Notes under the pieces: model-generated
What the model was told of the DNA's origin: nothing
Databases searched by the model: none
Seen by the model: the letters and a program-made list of their open reading frames with translations, nothing else
Assembly: GCF_031769215.1 (NCBI RefSeq)
Contig: NW_026781891.1
Coordinates: forward strand, 372,001 to 436,000
DNA from: Ylistrum balloti
Taxonomy: Eukaryota
DNA length: 64,000 nt
Reading direction: 5' to 3'
Part shown: piece by piece, positions 24,561-38,500 of the stretch
Layout: each line of letters opens with the position of its first letter
How positions within the stretch are numbered: the first letter of the stretch is position 1
Translations under genes and position numbers: made by a program

Positions 24561-26999
24561 TCAATGGTCTGTTAAAACAAAATCATATTTAAAATCTTAA
24601 ACAATGAAGATAGAGTTTAGCAAATGTATAATTCAATGGTTTAAAACGTTTGTTCTCCGGTATACCAGATTTCCAGTTTAAGATTCGGAAATTTCATCAC
24701 TTTCAGTGAACGAGAAATACATCGTGTCTTACACGGAAGCACCCGAAAGGTTCAGATTTGGCGTGAAACCTGGCTCGTACCTAACTGCATTAAAACTAGA
24801 AGATATGATATTTGTTTGAATATAATTCTGATTAAGTAAACACTTAAACGACACAATAACTATTGGTGGTAAAGAAGTTTTTTTTTCTTCTTTTCATTTC
24901 TTGTTTTTATGTTTTTGTTTTCAGAACAACACTCGCAACACGCAATAGGATTTACCACTTTGCAAAGTAAATTTTAAAAAGTCACAAAATGTCATACTCT
25001 TTTTCTTAATGAAAACAGTCTGATGTGACTTTCTTTCAAATATCATTGGTGTCTATTTTATTTATCACCAACCCATTTGTAAATCAGTACCGTTAGTTCA
25101 ACAATCTTTCGATAAATAACAGACCTGTAACTTTTTTTTTTCTTTTTGAAAATAGATTTGAAATGTTCGGATATTATACCGAGATAAAACTTTTATGTCA
25201 CGTTTTTCATTTTCAGTTCTTGACTACAACGATCATTCCCTTCTTGTTTGTCTCCTGAACCTGCCATATATTCCAGGGGAGATAACTCGTACGAAACTGC
25301 TTGAAATGAAACTTAATACTGATAAAGGATGGCAGACGGCAAACCAGTAAAATGACCTCAGAAACAGTACATAGAGAACAAAACGATGTTTTCCAGAAGG
25401 ATAGGCGTATTCTGCGTCATTGACGACAACTGCCTATAAATCTTGGTCAGTCTGTAACTTTCTTAAACCTTGTTTATAACACCAAAATCACCGATCATAA
25501 TAATGACTCATCTTACTTCATAACGTAAAAGAAAATGAGATATTTCCTATTGAGATGATGATGAAGATCACAAAACCTCCGCATGGTCTTAATCAAGCCG
25601 TCTCTTTCACAACCATTGACAGTTATAAGCTACATTCCACTGATATCCATATAACTTTACAAATTTCTTTATAGTTCTAAGTCTTTTAAATTATCCTGTA
25701 TATATTCAACCCTTCAACGTGTCTATAGAAAAATGAAATCTATCAGAGAATTAGTAGTATACGGGAACATCGAAGATCAATTCATCTTCCGTGGAACCTC
25801 TTCTAAAGACCGCTCCAAGATTAAGACCACCTCGCTATCAAGATCACTTCATTTCAGTCCAAAAGATAAGATCTACATGACTTTGTATCTAATGTTTAAG
25901 ACATTAAGACCCTATCATTGGTGTGAAAAAAAAAACCAGCTTTGCATTTACCTCACTAATCAGAATATTGGCCAGCCATAAAATTACTTGGTGTATACTT
26001 TATCATGTACAATATATATCTGCCAGGCGTTAGATCGCTTAGTGGAGAAGTTTGTATTTAAGGTACAATGTCAGGACAAGCGTGTGTTAGAAGTCCATCA
26101 TACATGCATTTCTTTAATGACTGAAAATATAGAGGGAAAGTGGCCACGAGTGAATTTCGTCTCCCTGATCATACTCAGTATTTCTGTAATCTCGCAATTA
26201 AACCACAAAAAATCGAATCGTCACGCGCTCATCACACTTATCAGACATAAAGTGTACCTATGGCTATGCAAACATCGAGATCTATGGTTGATGTTTAAGA
26301 GTCTATCTTGTCATAAATCTATGTAGGTTTCTGCGAATATTGAGAACGAACCAAACATTTCATACGACTAAAAATGAAAAGGTAATTGTATATTATCGAC
26401 AATCCTGGCGATACCAGCCGTTTCAAAGTAAAACAAAAGACTTCAATCGATGAAGGTTTGTCAATGATATCTTTTGATTTCCTTATTATATAAACATTCT
26501 TTCATATATTGAACATACAACAAACACATATTGTTTAAAACATCGTAAACAACAAAGCAACAAAAAACCCAGTCACTTTGGACACCATATATATCTTCAT
26601 CATCTTGTCTCGATCAACCAGACTCTTCAGTGCTGTCTGCGCTCGCTACCCCAATTACGAAGTTATCAAGCGGCTGGGTGAACTAGACTATTAGATGCAA
26701 TTTTTAAATACAGATATGAATATTTTAGAAATAAAAGTACATGTTTCCGGTGTATACTCAGTTTATCTATCTATAACAGATTGCTTAATGACCAAAACGA
26801 ACACATGGTCTTCTGATAATTATTTACAACTAAAAAGCCATCATACATCAGTGCAGTTACACCGCGTGAATGTAAAGGTTCTTAAGAGAGACCGAACTTT
26901 CAGCTCAAACTATTCCTGAAAGTTTTGATCAGGGGAAGCTGGCGATTTGATGTAAAAATTTATTGTGGTAAGCTTAGATCATATTCTGTATCATGCCTA

Positions 27000-27225
27000 C
27001 CTTTTCAAAAGTCGTAATAACGCGAATAAAGTCGTAATAAGGCCTTTCAAAGGCTTCCGTAAAGGACTGAACAGAAGCAATGACAATTGTATTCCTGCCT
27101 GTAAAAGTCATTTTAACGGCTTTTTCTCGCGTTAATACGACTTTTGAAAGGCGTTATTACGACTTATTCGCGTTATTACGACTTTCGAAAGGCGTTATTA
27201 CGCTTTTATTCACGTAATAACCCGA
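27000..27225. mobile_element. Foldback/MITE-like element built of AAAGTCGTAATAACGC units
   Basis: 27000-27051 and 27143-27192 are near-perfect ~50-bp inverted repeats made of tandem GTCGTAATAA units. Outer ends were not resolved. Confidence 0.65.
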
Positions 27226-27753
27226 TTTTGTATTTTTCCCATTCGAAATTTGACCTTTCTAGGCTTTCGTACGAATCATTTATGTTCGAATATTTTCTTA
27301 AGAGTATGAAGGCCCTCTGCAAAGAAGTACGTATGATATCCTAGATAGTCATCAGGCGTTTAAATATTTTCAACGTTTATATATTTCTCGAGGGCTGTTG
27401 TATAAACCTATTGTGTGATGGTTTCGCTTACATCTTCGCAGCTTTTGAAATTCGCTACCTAGGATTTTGTCGCACAAAGAATTCCTCGGAATTGATATTG
27501 TGTTAATTGCATATGTTTTAAGCTGTTGTTATTGGTTTTTGGCAAATGTGTATGGCTATAGTATAATGTTGCTACCATGCATATATTCAAGGTCGGATTA
27601 CTTAGGTCACGGGACGATTTTTATCCACATAATTAATGCCACTGATCGTGTTATTGTGTAAAACTAACGTGGATTGTAAATAAATTATGTCAAAAAGAAC
27701 AAAAACTCAAATAAAGGTGAATACCTATATTATCACATTATCAGGACAGGTAT

Positions 27754-30565
27754 TCAGTTTATCCATCCGTAATTTAACAATCCGTTCAATGACCAGAACA
27801 GACACGTGTCTTTTTTGTAATTAGACACAACAGATATATCTTCAGATAAAAGTGCCGTCACGCCATGCGAATATGACTGCCAGTCTTTGGTAGATGGTAT
27901 ACCGGTTCGGACGAACGACAAAACCTCTCGTTGAATCGTCTCCTGGAAATTTCGATCGGAAGTAGCTGGGGGTTTGATGTAATCTTTAATCGTATCAAAA
28001 TATGCAAATTGGTCCCACATGTGAAACGAATAAGATGCTGGAAAGGGCTCTCCAAATACATGAACAGGTTCCGAAGGCTGTGACGTCACGACGTATCTAT
28101 AGACCGGTGATTTCATACTCAAACTGATAACTCCGGACATAAAATCATTGGGGCATCCTACACGAATGTCTGCACCCATTCTCGTGTACTCATATTCTGG
28201 TGACGTTACATTAATTGGGTACATTCTCAATGCATCATCCGCGAGTTTAGATCCATATGTTCCCAAATGACCTTTGACCTGTCGTTCATACTCGGTCCAA
28301 TTCCACATATACATGGTTGATAAAGTAGGATCACAATCGATCTCATTCGCAGTTGTACCTGATTAAAAGAACTTGGAATTGAAATTCTTCGAAGACTATA
28401 TATATTACTTTATTTAATCATGTTTTACTCTGAAATGCATGTCAAAGTTTGATTTAGTTAATTTTTACGTAACAGTCAGTAGCATGTTAGAGAGTGTCAG
28501 GTTTGAGTGGCATAGAAAATCCGGGGATTATCCCATGTTGGTCTTGAAACAGCGAATCAGAGGTGGAGAGCTATCGATAAAGACGGTCAGATAACTAAAA
28601 CACCACCATTTAAAAGATACATTTGATGAATTTATAAATCAAATCTATTGTTTTATTGAGACTTACCAACAGTCTGCAATCAAGACTTTAGCGCGATTTA
28701 GGATCTTATACGTAATTATTTCGGAAAGGAACAGTGTTTCTCATAGTTACGTCAAGTTCAGTATTGCAGGTAGTGTGAAAATGAGCGTAATATACTTACC
28801 AATAAGCAGGGGGACGTCTATAGCAAGGCCTTGTTGCCATGCTTTGTAGGGAGGATACGTCACAACATCTCCTTGGCAACAACATAATATTGTTGAAATA
28901 TAAATATGTTAATAACAAATACTTCCAAGCTTAACTATATAAAAAGTCGACGGAATAAAAGAAACATTTGAAAATCTTTATGATGAAAAAATGCCTTAAT
29001 TGTTGAAATTCAAAGATCTGTGAAATCTCCGATTAGTTTTCATATCGTAATATTTTGAAAATTTAAATTTTAGTTGTAGAAATAGAAAGTTGGTAATAAT
29101 ACACTTTGGTAGTTTTACAATAAAAATATTTTTACAAAATAATAATGAAAAAAAAAAAAAAAAAAAAAATCACGCACTGAATTAAGCACAAACAAATGAT
29201 ATAAAAATACCGTCTACAACAGCTATTGCACCGTCGAAATGATCTTTCGTCGGAAGATCACTTTGGTCTCTCATTTCCCAGAATGGGTACACTTCCCATG
29301 GTACAGAGCTGAGAATCTTAGAAGCCGGAAGGTCATACAGACATGTGATATTTGTACATCCGGTGTTTTTCAAGAAGACAAGATTATCAATGGATGCCTC
29401 TTGAGATGTTTTATTGAAAACCGCTGAAGCACTGAGCATCCACGCCTTGTGGAACAACCCTCTGGCTTGCTCTGAAGCCAGTAAAGCAACGATACTTGTT
29501 CCTCCGGAGCTTTGTCCGAACAGTGTGACCTAATGAAGATAAAATTAGCGAAAAAAGGGAATCGAACTCCGGTCGTAGGTACGAAATGGGAATGCGTTAC
29601 ATCATGCCCCAGTTAGACTCAAATCTAAAATTTATTTTCATATTATTGATAATATTTTCGTTACACTTTTGTTCGTCACCCGTTGACACGTGGTATTAAT
29701 CCTTTTCATAACAGTTTCATTCTTTTAGAGGCGTTTTGAGTATTAATGGAAAAATAGAGTGTTTAAAGATACGAATATCAATCAACAATTATATGTTAAT
29801 ACAGTACACCCGTTTACAAACGTCAGATTTGAAACGAAATTCTATCTTCATTGAAGGAAATATATAAATAGTTGATTTCACATCAATCTCCCTTATAACA
29901 AATCAGGCCCATAGAAACTATTTTTAACCTACCGAGTCTGGGTTTCCGCCAAAGTTTTTCACATTATCCTGAACCCATCTCAGGGCCAGAATTTGATCCA
30001 TGAATCCATAGTTGCCTGACGTGTTGGTCTTTGACTGCTCCGATAACAAGGAAAGGGACATGAAACCAAATGCATTGAGACGATAGTTCATACCTACATA
30101 CACGATGTTGGTGTCACGAGCCAGTTCTTCCGATGGACAGTAAGTCGGCCAATTTGCGTTAGAATCTTGTAAACTTCCTCCATGGATCCAGACCATCACG
30201 TGCAGGTTAGCACTTTTATTGATGGTAGGTGTCCACACGTTGAGGTATAGACAATCTTCACTTCCTAAAATGATAGAGTGGTTCTCCGGATTTCTCTGCA
30301 TGCATGTATTCCCGTAAGCATAAGCCTTGAAAATGCCATCCCAGCAGTTTCCAGCTTGTTTGTTGAGTGGAATCGGCGGTTTCCATCGTCTATTCCCCGT
30401 GGGTGGAAGTGAGTAAGGAATTCCACGAAATGCGTATCCTTGACCATTATATTTACCTTCCACTGGTCCACATTGTGTATCCACTACTGCAGTTGGTTCG
30501 CTGTTTACAAATCCACTGGATTGTATAGCAAGGAGTTGAACAATTGTATAAAATACAGGCAGCAT
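27754..30565 (-). CDS. Type-B carboxylesterase (COesterase family, alpha/beta hydrolase), 542 aa, predicted secreted, 4 exons
   Basis: Exons 30565-29933, 29529-29211, 28871-28800 and 28358-27754 total 1629 nt, GT-AG, with phases 0/1/1 compatible. Motifs: hydrophobic N-terminus, FRGIPY, SEDCLYLNVWTP, WIHGGS, NYGFMDQILALRWVQDN, FGGNP, GQSSG (Ser218), VVDG, GTTANE (acid residue) and FHMWD (His). Confidence 0.93.
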
Positions 30566-33060
30566 CGTGTGTCAACTTCAGTGCAATGTCCTCCTTCTTT
30601 CTATCACTGATTAACTGATCACGCGGTTTAGAGTAGAGTGTACATGTCACGCACTAGACATAACAAAGACAGCTGATCCAGATAAAGGTACAAATCAACT
30701 ACCATGATGTTAAATAAAACAAGCAGAATACGTCATCGACACTAAATATGATAAAGATAGCTGATAAAGATTAAAAGCAAACAAGCCGAAAAAGATTAAA
30801 ATCAACTGTACTGGTGTTATGTGAAACTAATAGAATATAGATGTAAGTATATCTCACTGAAAACACATACATATACTGTATGGCCGATTATTTTTTGCCG
30901 ATCAAAACTTTTGCGATTTTCATTTAAAATAGGAGAATTAAATTTCGGCACATGAAAATTTTACGATCTGAGTAAAAAGATGATATCTAGTTTTCTCGAA
31001 TATTGCTTCCGATGTCAAATTTTCTTTATATGATTGCTGACTTATCAGTGAAACACCAGTATACATAAACACACAAGTATTCTATAGATACAACATGTAA
31101 CAATGGATCTGTATTATGTCATTTAATCCATACGAAACAAGTGTAATTGTCGAAATAGTTTTGGAAAATCGGTCCTTAGTAAAAGGCATATGTGTTTTAC
31201 TTACATACTGAGCAAGTACTTGTTTTGTAAACAATTTAAGAGCTCAAATTCTATACACAAAAGTTCTGAAGTACAAATCGAACAATATCGGAGGAGTACG
31301 CGTCTTCTACTATACGATGGCACTCATTAGGTCAATCCAAGTTACGTTAGGATCCAAAATGAGAACCATAAAACGTTTAATTAGGCTAACAAGCACATGA
31401 TTATTATTTTTGTCATAACGTAATCAACTTAAAGCTTCACGGTCTATGTATTTGTGATGCTTCGAATTTATTGAGGAGTTTGTCGCCAATTTTCTTGCAC
31501 AGTTGACCATATTTGGTCAAGCATCATCTTAATAAGTTATCCGATATTTCAGTTTCATATTTGTCAAACACATCAATTGCTCAAAGATTAACTCGACTGC
31601 TTGCATAATTCAAAAGTAAAACGTACATTTTTTTGCATGCTGTTCAACTTCCTGCAGTCACTTTTCATACATTTTATTTTGGTGCATAAGTGGAATTTGG
31701 AGTACCAAGTAATTTAGACTTGTTTTGTCGGATGTTTTTGTATGATTCAAATACATTTATTATCGGAGCTTGGGCTTTTAGATCTATTCTCACATTCAGA
31801 TTAAACCTTAGATTGTTTTTGCACACTCAAATATAGAAGTGTTTTGATCAGAAAATTATCCGTCGCTGCAAACATCATATTTTAGGAGTGAATTATTTTG
31901 ACTTATTCAAAGGGAAAATTTATAACAGAGAAAATGAAATCACCACGCAATAACAACTGATGTAAAAGAGTCCGACATTTTCTATATCGTATCCGTTGCG
32001 TTACAAGGCATCCTTTATGTATGATGAAAAAGGGCATCGTTAAAGGAACTGGCAAGGTCTTTGTTATCTGTATCTACCTTTGTATTTGACCATCTGTACT
32101 TTATCCTATTTTAAATGCAGAACTAATGTAAAACATACGTTCAAGTTTTCATTTTGATTGATATCGTTGTATTCAGCATTGTCGTATTATCTAAGGCATC
32201 ATGAAAACATATAAAATGGTTTATATTTGTGTACATACACATGTATAACAACAGATTTAAAATCAATATATGTTGATTGAAATAGTATACAAATACGGAA
32301 GATTTTTTTTTTGTTTATAATGGAGATACGGTCCTATTTGTGTTTTTTCATGTATGAGACTGTGCTGTAAATTAAAGTAATTTGAATCATTGGGCAGTAG
32401 GGATCTTCACTCATAGCATCGAGAAATGAAGATATTTCCCCATCATATATAGTACAGGCTCCGTCTATGCACACAGATATGAACGCCCCATAGCATTGAC
32501 TTAGGGTATGCAGCAACGAGTCTCTTTAATAAATGTTTACAATATTAATTTGATATATATCAAAATAGATTTTGAAAGTATTAACGTATTCTGAATATAT
32601 AAAACATTCCCTTTATCCATCCATACGCTAACAATCCATTCTAGGAGGACCAAAACATACACGTTTCTTTCTTAGAGTGTTAACCAGTTGAGTTTACATA
32701 GACTTTAGAGTTGCTGTTCTGGGTGAGATCATTAATACTAATAGATTTCTGGGCATTTTAAAAAAATCTTCCTGTAGATCCAGGGCCCTTAACTCTTGTA
32801 CGTTCTATCAATTCAATATAAATGAAAGGGCCAGGATAACTTGTAATTTGTTTCAATCTCTTCAATCATTTCATAAATATATATTTTTAAAAAATTCTAT
32901 ATTGTATTTTTCTTACTTACAAAAAATAGATATATGTACCGTCATTGTGCATAAGCTTAGGCATGTTATAAAATATTTGTATTTAAACCGTGCTTTGGTT
33001 ATATTCCGGTATTTGTGATAAAAATGTAAACTAATTGTCAAATTGTTCTTTCATTCACAG

Positions 33061-33134
33061 GAACAAAACCCAACCATAAAGCTCTTTGCGATTACACCAT
33101 GAATTGTCTCAAGGAACTACAATGGTATCTTCCA
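33061..33134 (+). pseudogene. Isolated decayed SDR exon 8
   Basis: After the acceptor TTCACAG, the sequence reads GAACAAAACC...GCTCTTTGCGATTACACCATGAATTGTCTCAA, a 27/32 match to exon 8 of copy 4. It carries a +1 frameshift, a conserved Trp changed to Cys, and a 9-nt insertion before YLP. Confidence 0.75.
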
Positions 33135-34389
33135 AATACCCAAGTAATATGGTCTGTGCACAGCACACTAAACCTCCAAACTCCCAGGAAACAGAAAAAA
33201 GTGAGAGTTCTAGGCATAACGAAAACAGCATCAAGAGAAAACCCCAGGTCTGTACAGAACTGTTCATCAGTTTTATGAAAATTGCAAAATTTGCTGAATT
33301 ATAGGACTGTTACACTTTCTCCACCTTGCTTTTACATTCCTTTCGAAGAATTTGATTCCCGCAGCCGCTTAACATTCAGGCCATTAAAATCACTGTCATG
33401 ATATCGTAGGACAAAATAAGATGCAGTTAAATTCACTGCTTGACTCTACTTCTGTAACTGCATTTGTATAAAATAGTGCTATTAACTTGTGTGTCTTTTG
33501 CGCAATTTTTAAGTTTAAGATAGACTATGGGAATTCTCGTTATATTGATATAATTTTTTTTATATATTGTAACTTGTTTAAATTCTTTCTGTTGGTTCTA
33601 ACATGTGAACAGTATTCATCGCATTGATTTTAGTTTTAATAACTAACACTTGTATGAAGATGACGAAGAAAACACATATTTTCATATATTTATTTTGATT
33701 CTCAAAAATTCTTTCCCAAAGCAGACACCCTATTTTGCATATATGCATCCCCTGTATACCTTACATTAACATTTAAGGTATGATACTGTAAGAATAGTTT
33801 CCTTCATTTAAGAAAGGTAAAATTCGAAATGGTATCACGTCACCAAAAATATCATGAAGATTTTTCTGCCAGTCTCCTCTGTTTTTTTTTCTTTTCCTGT
33901 TTCTCTTAATAAGGTAATATATGTGTATTTTTTATCAATGTTGCAAGCTAGTGTACATGTGAGCTGTGTGATGTCTGAGTGAAAATGATATGCTATGAAT
34001 GTAATCAATACCATATATTGCTGAAAATTCTGAATAAAAAGAAAATTAAAAAAAAAAAAAAAAAAAAATCACGAAGGTTTCACAAACAAATAAATATCCA
34101 GATGCAGATATGTTCCACTTCGACCTAACCGTAAATTCTGATAAGCCTTTTGGCAGGCTAATTCAGCAGATGAAAGAAAGTGGGTCTTATTTTCCAATGC
34201 CAGCCAGGAACATTCCATCAACTTGACATGGTCGTTTACATGGTATTTATGATTACGATACCCTTAAAAATAAAACCATATATGATTCTTTTCTTGCATA
34301 GGCTTATCGTAAAGTGTTGTTTTTTTCCTGAAATGTCTCAACTCCTCGGAACTCAAATATCTACACGGAGACTCATGCAAAAGCACAGG

Positions 34390-34460
34390 GAGAATAAGAT
34401 CAGGTGTTCCGGAAGAGAAAGCGTCTTCTGTTTTATCAACGACATCCGCCATGTTAACCT
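34390..34460 (-). mobile_element. 3'-tail fragment of the same Penelope-like family
   Basis: The minus strand reads AGAAGACGCTTTCTCTTCCGGAACACCTGATCTT, similar to the tails at ~24440-24470 and ~13260-13300. Confidence 0.55.
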
Positions 34461-35546
34461 ACGTAACAGCAGGTGAAGATCTGAGTTGTGTTGTTCGATG
34501 AGAAAATGGCCGGTCTTTGCTGACGTGGTTGAGCCTTTTGGTAATCACTTTACCATACTGGCTCTAAAGTTCATTATATAGGTCTCCCATAGGGTTGCGT
34601 CACTAGCTACCACAAGGAGACACCGCCCAAAATGAACCTGACACGTTGTACAGGACAATAACCACAACATACAAATTGCTATAATCTAAAACAGAATACT
34701 ATTATTCCTATATAATGAAATAATAATAATTGTTATTAACAGGGGAATACCGTATAAATGGTTATTTTCGCGGGGATACTATTTACGCTATTTCGCTGTG
34801 TATTAACATGACTGCAAAAATAATCCGTGAAATACTAAGACATGGCGTTAAAGATGTATTTAACATCCAAATCGCGAGAGGTCCTTGTTTATGATGAAAT
34901 CTAATCGTTTTAAATGAAAATCACCCAACCAGCTATACGATACCGCAGAGAAATTGTCATTTAATTGTAAAATAAATGAATTAAACATATATATATAATC
35001 AGTTTGACACCATATTATAAAAAGTTTAAATTGATTTTCATTATTATGATTTTGATGTTTATTTGAAAATGACCCCCAGTTATGAGTATGTGTACGTATT
35101 CCATCCATGAGTGGACGATTAGCTGTCAAGTAATAGCTTGCTTGGCAATGAAGTTAAAAATTCTAGTTTTTAAAGGCACTTACCGCTCAGAACCCAGGGC
35201 ATTTAAATTCAAATGTAGTTTGTGTCTACCACAAGTTTGTATGGTGTGATATGTGTAAGATCCTGATATCGATCAAACAATACAATATAATTTGATTTAG
35301 TTACATGACATTTGTTCTCCGTTCCAATTATCGACCCCTGTTAAAAAGACGTGTACTGCAAATACCTAACCTACCAAAGCCATGAGAAGAGATTATCGAT
35401 TAGTGCTTGCATACCACCGCGTCTAGATGGCAGCGTTCTAGTTTGCTACCCTTTGTGTAAACTCTCAAGTGACTTGCTCTTTGTTTTCATTAGGACATAC
35501 ATTCAGTAATGTTTTAAGGTCTGATAGAAGAGAACACGTCTACAGA

Positions 35547-38500
35547 ATGGGATCCACTCCCTCCTTCCCTCGAGTGTCTATCCCGAAGGATAACATTTCA
35601 GTGGTTACTGGAGGAAATGCAGGTAATTACAAGCTATGACAGCAAATTGTGATATTGACCTTTTCGTTTTGGCATGGTACATGATTAAAAAAAGATGAAC
35701 ATTCATGACTTCGATTAGTCAACATAGATTTCAGCTGTATATTGTTTGTAGTGCGATTTGTAAAATATCATTTGCTTGTTAAATCCACTGTTGGGGTGGC
35801 TTAAGATTTTCAATATACTTAAATATACTTATACTCTTATATGTTTAGTTTTCATTATGATAGTGATTACGATATATATGACATTAATCTAGTAGAGAGC
35901 GTACTTTCTAAATAGGACACTTCTTCTCGATACGTATAACAGTAGCTAAAAATAAAGAACCATTGTACACAAAGCATAGCTAGACAACTGGGTTAGCTTT
36001 ATATATACACCATAAAACGGAAGTCAGCACATGAAGCTGTCATTAACACCAACACTGAGCATGAGAATTGTCTAAATGCTTTCTTTCTTGAGAGTTTTAC
36101 TGTAAACTGATATCAAATATACGTTTTGTTGATGGACATTACAATGTCTCTTTTAAATTTAAAACAATATTCAAATAGAGACAAATAAAGGCTAGTGACC
36201 TCTCCTTCTATATCACGTTATTGGCGTAAATTTATTATTTAATTCCCTCTCCTAACTGGTCCTTCAGGATCTTTTCACTTTCGAAATTTAGATAATCATA
36301 CGGTACATTTCAATTACATTTTAAAGACTGAACCCTGCAAAATATATGCAATTTTATCTGGGATTAATTAAACACAGCACAAAGAATATTAATAGCTATA
36401 TTTGTATTCAATATTTCAGGTGTAGGCTATCATACTGCTAAATGGCTAGCCATGATGGGAGGTACCGTTATCATTGCGTGTAGATCTGAGGAGAGAGCTA
36501 AACAGGTAAATATCAATTTGACAAATGTATAAGATACCGATATATTGATTAACTTACAGCATAGATATTTGTTGAATTGTTTATGAACTCGATAACTCTT
36601 AATAAATACACAACGAAACAAAATCTAACCTTAGGTCCCTTGACTATCAAGTGCAAAGATAACATCGATGATTAATAAGTATACCGTATTGTTTAATATT
36701 GGTATAGCTTTCGTCTCCTTGGTTACAAAAACAACAGGTAATGGATGACATTTCATAGTTTAAAAATAACACTTCCTTGAAACCAGTTCACAAAGTAAGA
36801 CTACCCTGTGAATATAAAGACATGATGTTTGTTCATGTAAATATTTCAATCACAATATAGCTTGTTATTTGTTGATTTAACGAATTCCTTTAGTCATCGA
36901 ATTGTTCTTTTTCCCTACTCGTTAACCGAAATGGTTTTTAAGGAAACATTTTCAAAATGGGAACCATTTTCAAAACATTCCGTAAACACTTTCAATATAA
37001 CACTGAGGTTTGTAAAGGATTCGTTCATTTTGTCACACTCGTTAACTCTTTACAAACAAGAGCGATTTCAACAGAAAGAGTTTTTATAGATAGGACAATG
37101 CAATCATTTCACACGGAAAAAAAATCATTATCTCATAAGCTATGCTTATGTTATAAATAACAGCTCCTATATCAGAAGCAGCTGATTTGAAAAAAAAAAC
37201 CCTGTTTGAAAAAAATTGATAAAAAGTAATGCAAGCTAGGTGTACCATGTATTGTTTTAGGCTATACAACAAATGAACCAGGAATTTGCAGAGGAAAAAC
37301 AAAAGAAGACACCTGGGGTCGTTGACTATGATGCACTGAATCTTGAATTCATGCCACTAGACTGCAATTCACTAAAATCAGTGGTGAATTTCGCACAGGT
37401 GTACAAATCATCGGGCAGGAAACTACATAAGTTGATATGTAACGCTGGTATCGGCCTTCAGGACAAGTTATGTAAGTGTGATATAGACATGGAATACTAT
37501 TTTATTTACATAATCGGTATATAGTGTGCAAGAATATCACCAGGTTTGAAATAGGTATATACCAAAATAACGAAACATATAAAATGTTTAGATAAGTACT
37601 TTAAGAATATGGCAGTGTGTTCCGGAAGGATACGATTAGTGCACATAAAAAAAAAAAAAAAAAAAAAATCCTACAAAATTTAGATATGAATATATACATG
37701 TACATTTTGTTTCAAGTTTACAATTTTGAGAAATTATTGATTCCAAACAGCTGAATTACATGGTTATTGCACCTTCGGATATAGGTTTCGATATTTCTGG
37801 CAACCACTAACGATTCTCCTCAATTTCCAAAATTTCAATACTAAGCAAGACCTTAAGACAAATCCTAAAAGGAAGTCCACAACACAACAGCTGTATGATG
37901 TAGTTCATTTCATTGTTAAGTGATACTGTATTTGACTCTAAACTATTTTTTTATCAGAAGTGGATATTATGATACATTTATATTTATAATATTATTTATT
38001 ATAGATATGTACAATACACAGGTTCTTATGATGCATTTTGTATTATGAGTGTTTTTAGTTTGGAAGGAACTGGTATACTGCTGTATTTAATTGATGACTT
38101 GATTACACAGATATAGGTTTCACATTTGTCTCTTTGAATAATATCCGAATATACAGGTGCACGTATCTATTAATGTATTAGAAATAAGGCATATATTTTT
38201 CAGCCCACACAGAAGATGGCCATGAGCAGATTTTTCAGGTAAGTAAGGGATGAGAAGTCAAAAATAATATTAATAAAAGCTCTAAACAATTTCGCTTTTG
38301 AATTTTTTTATCATTAGGATATAATATGACGTCAAATATATTTGTTCCTTAAGCAGTTTAATCTTATTTCATGATATTACTATAGAAAAGGACGCTTTAT
38401 TTAAAATAATGATTTGCAATTCCAAATTTAAACACATTGAAGTTGGTTTCATGCAGGATATCAAAATAATTAATATTTATGTCGACAAGGTGAATTACTT

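Noticed and set aside
26605-26690. 86-bp element with 13/17 inverted ends
   Set aside because: The match is too short and degenerate, with no second copy in the window and no clear target-site duplication.
27754-30565. Horizontal transfer of the esterase from bacteria, suggested by its long exons
   Set aside because: It has canonical spliceosomal introns, a signal-peptide-like N-terminus and glycosylation sequons; nothing in the sequence supports transfer without a phylogeny.
31300-31340. GGAGTACGCGTCTTCTAC as a relic of SDR exon 7
   Set aside because: Only about 8 bp match and the flanking sequence does not align.
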